A DNA stretch of 64,000 nt. It comes from Chiloscyllium plagiosum (Eukaryota). The stretch covers positions 4,227,775 to 4,291,774 of the forward strand of contig NC_057718.1 in assembly GCF_004010195.1 (NCBI RefSeq), given 5' to 3'. Every line of letters begins with the position of its first letter. Positions within the stretch are counted from its first letter, which is position 1. A program made the position numbers and the translations under genes. The notes beneath the pieces are model-generated. The model saw nothing but the letters and a program-made list of their open reading frames with translations, did no database searches and was not told where the DNA came from. Of the stretch, positions 38,380 through 50,600 are shown piece after piece.

Positions 38380-40170
38380 GCCTTTTTCTCCATAACTCTT
38401 GAACCCATTAGTAATTGAAAATCTCTTAGATGTCTCTCAGCTTACCTTAAATACACCCAATGACTTGGCCTCTTCATCGCTCTGTGATAATAAGTTCCCT
38501 AGATACACCAGGCTCTGGATGAGTAAATTCCTCCCCATCTCAGTTCAAAAGAGTCGTCCTTTCACCCTGAGGCTACGGCCTTGGGTCCTAGTCTATTAGT
38601 GGAAACATTTTCTCCACACCCACTCCATCCAGGCCTCTTACTATTCTGTAAGTGTCAATCAGATCCCCCTTATTATTCCCAACTCCAACGAGTACAGACC
38701 CAGAGTCCTCATTCCCTCCTAAGATGCCAAGCTCGTCATCTCTGGGTCACTCATGTAAACCTCTTCTATACACCATCCAATGCCAGCTCATTTCTTAGAG
38801 ATGGGGCCCAAACCTGCTCACAATATCCCAAATGCAGTCTGACCAGAGTCATAGAGTCATAGAAATGTACAGCATGGAAACAGACCCTTCGGTCCAACCT
38901 GTCCATGCCGACCAGATATCCCAACCCAATCTAGTCTGACCTGCCAGCACCCAGCCCATATCCCTCCAAACCCTTCCTATTCATATCCCCATCCAAATGC
39001 CTCTTTTATGTTGCAATTGTACCAGCCTCCACCACATCCTCTGGCAGCTCATTCCATAAACGTACCACCCTCTGCATGAAAACGTTGCCCCTGAGGTCTC
39101 TTTTATATCTTTCCCCTCTCACTCGAAACCTATGCCCTCTAGTTCTGGACTCCCCCACCCCATGGAAAAGACTTTGTCCATTTATCCAATCCATGCCCCT
39201 CATAATTTTGTAAACCTCTATAAGATCACCCCTCAGCCTCTGACGCTCCAGGGAAAACAGCCCCAGTCTGTTCAGCCTCTCCCTATTGCCAACCCTGGCA
39301 ACATCCTTGTAAATCTTTTCTGAACTCTTTCAAGTATTACAACATCTTTCCAATAGGAAATAGACCAGAAATGCATGCAATATTGCAACAGTGGCCTAAC
39401 CAATGTCCCGTACAGCAGCAACATGACCACCCAACTCTTGTACTCAATACTCTGACCAATAAAGGAAAGCATACCAAAGCTTTCTTCACTATCTTATCTA
39501 CCTGCAACTCCACTTTCAAGAATCCATGAACCTGCACTCCAAGGTCTCTTTGTTCAGCAACACTCCCTAGGACCTTACCATTAAGTGTATAAGTCCTGCT
39601 AAGATTTGCTTTCCCAAAATGCAGCATCTCGTATTTATCTGAATTAAACTCCATCTGCCACTTCTCAGCCCATTGGCCAATCTGGTCCAGATCCTGTTGT
39701 AATCTGAGATAACCCTCTTCGCTGTCCACTACACCTCCAATTTTGGTGTCATTTGCAAACTTACTAATTGTACCTCTTATGCTCGCATCTAAATTATTTA
39801 TGTAAATGACAAAACGTAGAGGACTCGCGCCGATCCTTGTGGCACTCCACTGGTGACAGGCCTCCAGTCTGAAAAACAGCCCTCCACCACCACTCTCTGT
39901 CTTCTACCTTTGAGCCAGTTCTGTATCCAAGTGGCTAGTTCTCCCTGTATTCCATGAGATCTAACCTTGCTAATCAGTCTCCTATGGGGAACCTTGTCAA
40001 ACTCCTTACTGAAGTCCATATAGGTCACAGCCTTATACAGACTCAGCATTACATCTCTATCTGCTGTTCATTTCCAGCCTGCTTGAAATAAATATTAACA
40101 TTGCATTTGGCTTCCTAACCGCCAACTGAACCTGCATGTTAACCTGAAGAGAATCCTGAACGTGCTGCAG
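38380..40170 (-). mobile_element. Nested CR1 LINE fragments (older 38380-38850 and ~40030-40170; younger 38851-40030)
   Basis: ORFs 39006-40049(-) with CR1 RT motifs and a (CTATGACT)n-type tail at ~38850. Confidence 0.85.
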
Positions 40171-40931
40171 AACACATTCACTGCTTAGAAACTAGCCTAC
40201 ACCGGCAAGAGAACAGGATGGAGGGTTTATGAAGAACATAAGGAACAGGAACAGGAGAAGGCCGTGCAGCCCCTCTAGCCTGCTCTACCATTCAATAGCA
40301 TCATGGCAGATCACTGAATCTTTGGTGAAAGGGCAGGTGTTATTTGAGGATACTCTCATTTCCGAGGAATGGCACCCCCTCCAAGAGGAACAAGGAGCAA
40401 TGGAGACTTCCATTTCACCAAGGGCCTCCTGCCCCTCCACGTCATCCTTTTTATCCCCATGGATGGCTGAAATGGATATCCAGGATCCGATAAGCCGAGG
40501 GCCACAGTGGGCACTGTGTACACCTTTCCAATCTAATCTTTCACATCCTCAGCTCATGAAAGATGACCTTATAACTTCATGTTTTGAGCCTCTGGCTGGG
40601 AGCATGAAACCTGCTCTGAGACAATTCCTCGTCCCCTCAGCTGATTGAGATTTGATGCACATCCCTGAATTTTATTTTTATAGCTGCCTAATTCCTTCCA
40701 CCAGAGTCCATGTGATTGGGTCAGATTATTATCAATTTGGGGAATATCCTTCACTTTCGGTTTCTCTGCATGTACAGTTACAAATCTGCTTGGCTCTGAC
40801 TTTATTACTGTTCCTGGTTTAAGTACGGTGTGTAACTGACTGAAGAAACAACTAAAGATGGTGCATCATCCCAGGGAACTCAGGAACCAACAGTAACAAT
40901 GTGTTAAACACTACTTTACATTTCATTCCAG

Positions 40932-40973
40932 AACTCACAAAATTTTCCAGAAGATTCCAATGCTACGTACACG
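40932..40973 (+). CDS. Exon 6: cytoplasmic, NSQNFPEDSNATYT (first ITAM tyrosine)
   Basis: Bounded by tttcattccag| and |gtgaga; 42 nt, phase 0-0. Confidence 0.8.
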
Positions 40974-41075
40974 GTGAGAATTTAAAATTTTAAAATATGG
41001 GAAAATTACAAACATCCTTACATTGTGCATCCGCTACTCGGTCCCAGTTTGTAATATTTCTCTGTTTTCTGTTAG

Positions 41076-41118
41076 ACACTACAGCCAATGGATCAATCTG
41101 TTTACAGCAACCTTAAAG
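41076..41118 (+). CDS. Exon 7: cytoplasmic, TLQPMDQSVYSNLK (rest of ITAM)
   Basis: Bounded by ttttctgttag| and |gtatgt; phase 0-1. Completes YTTL-x7-YSNL. Confidence 0.82.
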
Positions 41119-41354
41119 GTATGTTGTTGGAACACTAACAAAAGCTCAGGAGAAGCTTGTGGATCGGTTACATTCTGTATCAATGAGGAAAAGTGTGGGA
41201 AAGTTTCACTGAAATGAACAGCAGCACTGTATAAAGCAGCAGAGAGCAGTCATTCCCATGTGGTGGCAGGACATCATTCAAGCCGTGTGTCATTGTATGG
41301 AAATGCACCTTTCAGATGTCATTAACACACACAGACACAGACACATGCAGACAC

Positions 41355-41560
41355 CCACAGTGACCAGTTACTGTAATCGGGAGTGACCGTGCTAACCGGT
41401 CCCACTGACTGAGAGTGATTGCGCTGACCAGTTCCTGCAACTAGGAGTGAACCGTGCGACAAGGTGTGACCACAATGACCAATCCCTGTGATCGGGAGTG
41501 ACCACACTGACCAGTCCCTGTGACCGGAAGTGATAACACTGACCAACCCCAGTGACCATA
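41355..41560. repeat. Degenerate ~32-bp tandem repeat in the last intron, preceded by a CA-rich tract
   Basis: Recurring gtgaccacactgaccagtccctgtgatcggga-like unit, about 6 copies. Confidence 0.6.
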
Positions 41561-41695
41561 GGGACCTGTATTAAAGCTCACTGCAGCTAATGATGCTGAA
41601 CTCTCGGCGCAGCTCACTCAATCCTGAGACCTCAGACATTCACTGAAATCGTCTATTATTGTCACATCTCACAACCTTGATGTTTGATTTTACAG

Positions 41696-41712
41696 AAACA
41701 GACAAGAAATAA
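41696..41712 (+). CDS. Exon 8: terminal coding exon (E)TDKK-stop
   Basis: tttgattttacag| acceptor, phase 1, TAA at 41710-41712 overlapping an AATAAA. Confidence 0.6.
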
Positions 41713-41936
41713 ACAGCTGACAGATGAACCGCTGAACAAATCTTTCCTGAGGGATGAAGACACCAAATGGATATTTTGATCAAGAAAGATCATTGGACCA
41801 AACAAGTCTGTTCTCCATCTTCTTTCCCAATCCCCTCTCCTGTTCCAGAAGCTGATCTGATATGCTGCTGCCCCCAGTTTGTCTGTTCACATCAGCACCT
41901 CTCATTCGTTACACGTTCCACAACTAGATCCATCTT

Positions 41937-42260
41937 TGAGTAGCTTTCATTGATTCTTTCCTGAAATGTGGGTCTCATTGGCAAGGCTAGCATTTGTTCC
42001 CAATCCCTAACTGCCCTTGAGCTGATTGCTACTTTGGGCCATTTCAGGGGACAGTTAAGAGTCAGATATATTACTGTGGGTCTGGAGTCACATGTAGGCC
42101 AGAGCAGATAAGGATAGGGACCTACATGGGATTTTACAATCCTCAGTGATAGTTTCATTGTCACCATCACTGAGGCCTGCTTTATACTTAACTTTTAACC
42201 AAGTTCCCAGATGATTAGCCAGTGTTTCTTGATTATTCATCCAGTGACAATTCTGCCTGA
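41937..42260 (-). mobile_element. DeuSINE/SacSINE1-like SINE remnant (related fragment at ~8770-8940)
   Basis: Shared core cagttaagagtca..cattgctgtgggtctggagtcacatgtaggccag. Family assignment and strand are from recall. Confidence 0.45.
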
Positions 42261-42934
42261 CCACAATCTCAGAATGAACATTACCTAGTGGGATTCAGAC
42301 CGACTTTAATCGTTCCCACTTCACCGTCTTCTGTTCCTCTTAGTTTTTCATCAATTTCCTTTGAGACCCACCTTCACCATCGTAAGAAGTTTAATTTGAT
42401 CAAAGTGAATTATTCTGCATTGCTTCCACAATCCCCCTCCTCTCATTCCTTGCTCCTTCCCTCACTCACTGCCCCTAATCTCACTTACCCCTCCCTCCTT
42501 ACTCACTCACATCCCTCCCCACTCAGTGCACATTCACCCATTCCCTGACCCCTCCCTCACTCCCTGATGCCCCTCACTGTCCCTCCTCCTCCCTCATTAA
42601 TTCTTCTCTCCTTCCATCGATGATCTGAGGGATACCTCACTCTCTCTCTCTCTCTGTGATGAAAGAACCGCCCTCTGGGACTTTGATGATGTTACCTTTT
42701 ACCTTGACTGTATGAAGCACAGCTTTCCCCAGTGTAAACCTCCAAATTGCAGTTTTGGATTGTGCTGTGCTGGACTGAAGGACACAAACTGTAATACTGA
42801 AACCAATTTCTAGCTGTGTTTTTGATGAGTCAGCACAAGGTTTGGATGTACTGCATCACACTCACTGGGATTGAGTTATTTGCTGGTAAACTATTTTCAC
42901 TGAGTTATTGTAAATGATTTGGCCACAGTAACAT

Positions 42935-44690
42935 GACATCAAGATAAAATTGGAAGCACTGGATACTGCAAACGTAGTGTCCAGTTATAGTATTGAGCCT
43001 TTGTGTTCCAGAACTTTCCACACCCACAGCCAAGCTGTTCCAGTACAATTACAACACTGGTATCTACCCAACTGTATGGCAAATTGCCCAGGTACGTCCA
43101 GTACATAAAAAGCAGAACAAATCCAAACCAGCTCATGACCGCCCCATAAGTCTACTCTCCATCATCAGTAAAGTGATGGAAGGTATCATAAACAGTGCTA
43201 TCAAGCAGCACCTCTTCAGCAATAACCTGCTCAGTGACACCTAGTTTGGGTTCCACCAGGGTCACTCAGGTCCTGACCTCCTGGCCTTTATTCAAACATG
43301 GACAAAAGAACTGAATTCCAGAGGGGAGGTGAGAGTGACAGCCCTTGACATCAAGGCCGCATTTGACTGAGTGTGGCATCAAGGAGCCCTAGCAAAACTA
43401 TAATCAATGTGAAACATCAATGTTCAGCACCTTTTGCAAATCCTTAGCAGTCCACATTCAAATGTCACAAGATCTGGACAATATCCAGGCTTGGGCTGAC
43501 AAGTAACAAGTAACATTCGAGCAACACAAATGCAAGGCAAGTACCATCTCCAAAGCCCCTTGACATTCAATGGTGTTAGTATCCCTGAACCCCACATTAT
43601 CAACATCCTTGGAGTTACCATTGACCAGAAACTCAACTGGACATCTCACATAGTGACAAAAAGAGTGGGTCAGAGGTTAAGAATCTATGGTGAGTCACCA
43701 CCTGACTCCCCAGAGCTTGTCCACAAGGCACGAGAGAGGAATGTGATTGAATACTCCCTACTTGCCTGGATGGGTACATCAATACTCAAGATGTTTTATA
43801 CCATTCAGGAGAAAGCAGCCCACTTAGAGTCATAGAGTTATACAGTGTGGAAACAGACACTTCAGTCCAACCAGTCCACTCTGACAACTATTCCAAACTA
43901 AACCAGTCCCACCTACCTGGTCTTAGCCCAAATCCCTTCAAACATTTCTTATTCATGTATTATCCAAATTTTTTTAAACATTATAATTGTCCCTGCATCT
44001 ACCACTTCCACTGGAAGTTCATTCCATATATGACCACTCTCTCTGTAAAAATAAGTTGCCCCTCATGTGCTTTTATGTCTTTCACTTCTCATATTTGAAA
44101 TCCCCCACTCTATGGAAAGGAGATCTGCTATTCAACTTACCTATAACCCTAATTGTTTTATAAATATCTATAAGATCACACTTCAATCTCTCTATTATCA
44201 CTACATCCATAAACATCCACTCCCTCAGTCACCAATGCTCAGTAGATCAGGAATGATGAAGGGCTTTTGCCCGAAATGTCAATTTTCCTGCTCCTCGGAT
44301 GCTGCCTGACCTGCTGTGCTTTTCCGGCACCACTCTAATCTAGACCCTGGTTTCCAACATCTGCAGTCCTTGATTTTACCTAGGGGACATGGTCTCAAGA
44401 TTAGGGAGAGTAGATTTAGGGCAGAGATGAAGAGAAACTGCTTTTCCCATACAGTCATGAATCTATGGAATTATCTGCCCAAGGAAGCTGTAGAGGCAGC
44501 TTCATTAAATATATTCAAAACACAGTTGGATGGGTTTTTGCATGGTTGGGGAATTAAGGATTATGGGGATAATATGGTGGGAGGAGCTAAGATGATGGAT
44601 AGGTCAGCCACGATCTTAATAAATGGCGAAGCAGGCTCAACAGGCCAAGTGGCCTACTTCTGATTCTATTACTATGAAATTATCAAAGAT
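42935..44690 (+). mobile_element. Decayed LINE RT (CR1/L2-like) with nested CR1 3' ends (43826-44190 -, 44382-44670 +) and pLTR fragment (44250-44381)
   Basis: ORF 42993 RPISLLSIISKVME, ALDIKAAFD-like motif, ORF 44316 CFSHTVMNLWNYLP. Confidence 0.75.
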
Positions 44691-45051
44691 TCTGCTAAGT
44701 TTAATGGAGAATAATCTTACAACTACTTTCAGGTAGAGCTGTGGCCAACATTTCTGATTAGGTGGAGATTTTATGGATTTTTTACTGCAATGTAGGTTTG
44801 TTATTATCACAAATGATTAGGTGATCCTCAATTAACCTGCTCGCTATCGCTTTAAATGATTGTAATGCTGAATTCTTTGTCAAAATAAAGATTTTTAAGC
44901 AATTATTAGAAAGCTTAGTGTCACTTTTTGCTTCTCCGACACCCAACAATTAAATCAGAATGAGTATGGCAACACTTCTACCAATGAGATTTCACTTTCT
45001 ACCCAATCAGCGATCTTCTTTCATACAGTATTAATGTTGGGTTGGTATTTT

Positions 45052-45721
45052 TGTTATGAAGATGTGGATGAACAACACCTTTAAGAGAGTAAAAGCTAGC
45101 AGTGACAGGACCAACTGTTCTCAATAAGACACAATGTAACATTGCTCCAGCTATTGGGGTAGCTGGTTGCCTGGAAACGACAAAACAGATTCGAACTAGG
45201 CCGATCCGTTTAAATTATACCCTGAAAAAATCCATATTCCAATCCAGTTTGAATTTAGTATATTGACAAACTGAAAAGCCAATGACACAATCTGATGCTT
45301 TGGCAGTTTAAGACCTGGGAAAATTAAACAGTTGACAGGAGAACTGCCACCAGACCAACAGATAAACTGCTAGTCAGAACTCTCTGAGAGTTACCTGTCT
45401 AGAGAAAAAACCTCAACACTGATCTGGGGAGCAAATCTACCAATGAAGACAAAAAGAAGATTTGACTGTGTTGGCTGGTTTTAAAATTTGAATTTTTCTA
45501 TAAATCTTAATTGGGAGTTTTATCGGACTAATATTATAGAAAAGAATGTAAAAGATAGATTAGAGGAAGGAATTGTAAATAATCGTTAGTTAATTGTCCC
45601 CTGTTAGAAAGTTGTTAATTTTTACTTGAAATAGCTCGTAGCCACTCGAATTTACTGCACAGAATAAATCTTTTGTTTTCTGGTTTAAATTAAGCAGGAG
45701 GGTTCACCTCGTGTCGTAACG
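45052..45721 (+). mobile_element. Solo LTR related to the Gmr1-like LTRs, ATTTT target-site duplication
   Basis: TGTTATGAAG...GTGTCGTAAC(G) termini resemble the reverse complement of LTR 16905-17648. ATTTT lies on both sides, AATAAA at ~45663, and the site is empty in the paralog (~3606). Confidence 0.8.
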
Positions 45722-46175
45722 ATTTTGTGAAGCATCTTGATGTAACCAATCTCAATTTTCATGGTCCCTGTAGGAGTTTGGGTTAATATAGGGAATGTGG
45801 TTGCTACAGGAAACAGGTTTAAGGTGGAAGATGATTCCTATCAGAGATACAATTCACGTGGGGAAAATGAATGGACAGAGTGTGGAGACCAGCTTGCTGC
45901 TGGTACTGTGCCTGTAATGCTGAAACTACTCACTGTGGAGTTGAATCTCACATCTCAGCAGATCACTTCCTTCCAGAGAGATGAACAGAAACTGGAAGAA
46001 CAGCCTCACTGTTTATCTGCAATGTGTCAATACATTTCCAGCAAATTTATTCATTGTTGGCCAGCCTACTTCCTCCTTCCTCTTTCTGTGCTGCATATTC
46101 AGCAAAAGCCTCGAAGTTCCATGTTACTGAGATCCTGAAAGAGCAACAGTACAACACTCTGAGAAATTACAGCAA

Positions 46176-46251
46176 ATGAAAAACTACATCTCTTTGAAAT
46201 GTTTTTTCCTGAAATGCTCCACCTTCACTTTGATGCTCTCTGTCGCAGTGG
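46176..46251 (+). pseudogene. Leader exon of the second paralog, probably defective
   Basis: Homologous to 4058-4109, but with an extra T after the ATG at 46199 (an upstream ATG at 46176 restores the frame) and the donor gtaagt changed to ataagt at 46252. Confidence 0.65.
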
Positions 46252-46515
46252 ATAAGTAAATGTTTTGCTGTCATAGAATTCTGTGTTTGATATTGATTTT
46301 CAGATTGTGTGCTGGTGTTTGAGTCAGTAGTTTGTATTTCGGAGTTTCCTATTTAGAGTTGAAATTGGGCTTTCTCACAGTGCAATGGGAGCATCTCGTG
46401 TCAAACATGACACTGAACAATAATGTCCAGTAGTCGCATTCCTGGACTTCCTGCAGCTGTCATTTGAGAATCCTATGCCAACTCTGTACAAAGTTGCTGA
46501 CTGAAGCACTGAAGT

Positions 46516-47160
46516 CAATGTTGATGCCGTGTGGTTAAAGGGTCCCAAGGGCGAAAGATGAGGCGTTCTTCCTCCAGTCATCAGGTGGCTTGGATTTGGC
46601 GGTGGAGGCGGCCCAGGACTTGAATGTCATGTGGGTGACAACACACACCAAACCGCACCGGCCTTTGGCCAATCACTTCAATTCCACCTCTCAATCCACC
46701 AAGGACATGCAAGTCCTGGGCCTCCTTCACCGCCAAATCCAAGCCACCCAACGAATGGAGGAAGAACGTCTTCCTCCTTGAGACCCTTCAACCGCACGGC
46801 ATCAATGTGGACTTCACTTGTTTCCAACTCCCCCCACCACCCCACCTCATCCCAGATTCAACCCACCAACTTGCCTCCGCCCTCTTGACCTGTTCTACTT
46901 GTCTACCTTCCTTCCTACCTATCCATTCAATCCTCCTCTCCGACCTATAACAACCACCTCTCACCTGCATTTACCTATCGCTTTCCCAGGTAACGTTCCC
47001 AGCCCCAACCCCACCCCCACGCCCAGCCACCTATTTATCTCTCAGACCCTTTCCCTCCACCCACCACATTCCTGATGAGGGGCTTATACCCCAAACATTG
47101 ACTCTCCTGCTCCTCAGATGCTGCCTGACTGACCGTGCTTTCCCAACACCACACTCTTCG
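46516..47160 (+). mobile_element. Penelope-like element 3' end (GIY-YIG C-terminus + pLTR) with an inverted 5' segment
   Basis: ORF 46590 ..PLANHFNSTSQSTKDMQVLGLLH..EEERL. 46516-46630 is the reverse complement of ~46700-46815, and a pLTR motif lies at 47070-47160. Confidence 0.75.
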
Positions 47161-47659
47161 AGTCTTCTTCAGAATTGTTCTGTAGAAGAATCAAAATGAA
47201 CTCGAGACATTTAACTGTTTCTCTCTGCACAACTGCTGCCAGACCTGCTGAATTTCTCCAGCATTTCAAGTTTCCAGCATCTGCAGTAATTTGACTTATT
47301 ATCATTGACGTTAGTAGAGGCTAAGCTTTAAGCACAAGAGCAAACGTATTGCATCTGCACAGAGGTTCTCAAAAAACTTATAAAATGAACTGAATTGAAT
47401 TAGATTATTATCTCGTGCAAAGTCAAGAGTGTGGTGTTGGGAAAGCACAGCAGGTCAGGCAGCATCCAAGGACAAGGAGAGTCGACGTTTCGGGCAAGAG
47501 CCCTTCGTTAAGAATGAGGTAGATACAAAACTAAAAGAATGATAAATAAAGGTCGGACATAAGAATAAAAAGGAATTAGAAGAGGGCACCAGACTCAGTC
47601 CTTTCAGACCAGTCAACACCAGCACCGAGCTTCCAGACCGCACCGGACTTCCAATCCCG

Positions 47660-50600
47660 AGAACTCGCCACCCCATGCCTGCCCCCGGTCCAGGACTCAC
47701 TTCCCCATTCCTACCCCCAATCCGAACTCACATCCCAGCGCCTGCAAACCATTCCAGGACCCGCCTCTCCGCGCCTTCCCCACAGTCCGGGACCCGCCTC
47801 CCCGCGCCTGTGCCCCAGTCCGGGACCCGCCTCCCCGCGCTTGCAACCCAGCCCGGGACCCGCCTCTCCGCGCCTGCAACCCAGCCCGGGACCCGCCTCC
47901 CCGCGCCTTCCCCACAGTCCGGGACCCACCTCCCCGCGCCTGCACCCCAGTCCAGGACCCGCCTCCCCGCGCTTGCACCCCAGTCCGGGACCCGCCTCCC
48001 CGTGCCTTCCCCACAGTCTGGGACCCGCCTCCCCGCGCCTGCACCCCAGTCCGGGACCCGCCACCCAATGCCTGCACCACAGTCCGGGACCCGCCTCTCC
48101 ATGCCCGCCCCACAGTCCGGGACCCGCCTCCCCATGCCTTCCCAGCAGTCTGGGACCCGCCTCACCTCGCGCGCCCCACAGTCCGGGACCCGCCTCCCCA
48201 TGCCTTCCCCACAGTCTGGGACCCGCCTCACCTCACGAGCCACACAGTCCGGGACCCGCCTCCCCGCGCCTGCAACCCAGTCCGGGACCCGCCTACCCAC
48301 GCCTGCACCCCAGTCCGGGACCCACCTCCCAATGCCTGCCCGACAGTCTGGGATCCGCCTCCCAATGCACGCCCCACAGTCCGGGACCCGCCTCCCCACG
48401 CCTGCACCCCAGTCCGGGACCCACCTCCCAATGCATGCCCCACAGTCTGGGATTCGCCTCCCAGTGCACGCCCCACAGTCCGGGACCCGCCTCCCCATGC
48501 CTGCCCCACAGTCCGGGACCCGCCTCTCCGCGCCTGCCCCACAGCCCGGCACATGGCACACCGCGCCTGCCCCACAGTCCGGGACCCGCCTCCCCATGCC
48601 CGTCCCATTGTCTGGGACCCGCCTCCCCGCGCCTGCTGGACAGTCCGGGACACACCTCACCGCGCCCACCCCTGGTCCGGGACACGCCTTCCTGCACCAC
48701 TCCCCAACCCCGGTCTGGGACACGCCTCCCCGCGCATGCCACATATTCCGGGTCCCGCCTCCCTGCGCCCTCACCACTGTCCGAGACACGCCTCCCCGCG
48801 CCTGCCCGCCGGTCCAAGACCTGCCTCCCCGTACGTGACTCCTAGTCCAGGACCCGCCTCTCTGCGCCTGCACCCCAGTCCGGGCCCGCCTCCCTGCGCC
48901 CGCCCCACAGTCTGGGACCCACCTCCCCGGGCCTGCCCCACTGTCCGGGACCCGCCTCAATGCGCCACCCCCACAGTCCGGGATCCACATCCCCGCGCCT
49001 GCCCCACAGTCCAGGACCCGCCTCCCTGCGCCTGCACCACAGTCCGGGATCCGCCTCCCCGCACCTTCCCCATAGTCCGGGACCCGCCTCCCCACGCCCG
49101 TCCCACAGTCCGGGACCCGCCTCCCCGCGCCCGTCCCACAGTTCGGGACCCGACTCCCTGCCCCCGCCCCACAGTCCAGGACATGCCTCCCCGCGCCCGC
49201 CCCACAGTCCGGGATCCGACTCCCTGTGCCTGCTCCACAGTCCGGGACCCGCCTCCCTGTGCCTGCCCCACAGTCCGGGATCGCCTCCCAGTGCCAGCCC
49301 CACAGTCCGGGACCCGCATCCCGGCGCCAGCCCCACAGTCCGGTATCCGCATCCTCACGCCAGCCCCACAGTCCGGGACCCACCTCCCTGCGCTTGCCTC
49401 CCAGTCCAGGATGCGCCTCCCCACGCCTGCCCCACAGTCCAGGACCCGCCTCCCCGCGCCCGTCCCACAGTCCGGGATCTGCATCCCTGTGCCTGCCCCA
49501 CAGTCCGGGATCCGCCTGCCTGTGCCTGCCCCACAGTCCGGGACCCGCATCCCTGCGCCTGCCCCACAGTCCGGGACCCGACTCCCAGCGTCAGACCAAC
49601 AGTCCGGGACCCGACTCCAGTCGCCTGCCCCACAGTCCGGGAACCGCCTCCCCCCGCGCCTGCCCCACAGTCCGGGACCCGCCTCCCCGCGCCTGCCCCA
49701 CAGTCTGATAACCGCCTCCCCGCGCCTGCCCCACAGTCTGGGACCCGCATCCCCGCGCCTGCCCTGGACAAACTCTGGGACCCGCCTCCCTGCACCTGCC
49801 CCACAGTCCGGGACCCGCCTTCCCGCGCCCGGCCCACAGTCTGGGACCCGCCACATTGCACCTGCCCCACAGTGCTGGTCCCGGATCCAGGCGCCTGCCC
49901 CACAGTCCGGGACCCGCCTCCCCGCGCCTGCAACCCAGCCCGGGACCCGCCTCCCCGCGCCTGCAACCCAGCACGGGACCCGCCTCCCCGCGCCTTCCCC
50001 ACAGTCCGGGACCCGCCTCCCCGCGCCTGCACCCTAGTCCAGGACCCGCCTCCCTGCGCTTGCACCCCAGTCCGGGACCCGCCTCCCCGTGCCTTCCCCA
50101 CAGTCCGGGACCCACCTCCCCGCGCCTGCACCCCAGTCCGGGACCCGCCACCCAATGCCTGCACCACAGTCCGGGACCCGCCTCCCCGCGCCTGCACCCT
50201 CGTCCAGGACCCGCCCCCCTGCGCTTGCACCCCAGTCCGGGACCCGCCTCCCCGTGCCTTCCCCACAGTCCGGGACCCACCTCCCCGCGCCTGCACCCCA
50301 GTCCGGGACCCGCCACCCAATGCCTGCACCACAGTCCGGGACCCGCCTCCCCGCGCCTGCACCCNNNNNNNNNNNNNNNNNNNNNNNNNNNNNNNNNNNN
50401 NNNNNNNNNNNNNNNNNNNNNNNNNNNNNNNNNNNNNNNNNNNNNNNNNNNNNNNNNNNNNNNNNNNNNNNNNNNNNNNNNNNNNNNNNNNNNNNNNNNN
50501 NNNNNNNNNNNNNNNNNNNNNNNNNNNNNNNNNNNNNNNNNNNNNNNNNNNNNNNNNNNNNNNNNNNNNNNNNNNNNNNNNNNNNNNNNNNNNNNNNNNN

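Larger units (their letters stand above)
42862..46515 (+). repeat. Upstream/leader block of a second paralogous receptor gene
   Basis: Colinear with 1677-4610. Confidence 0.85.
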
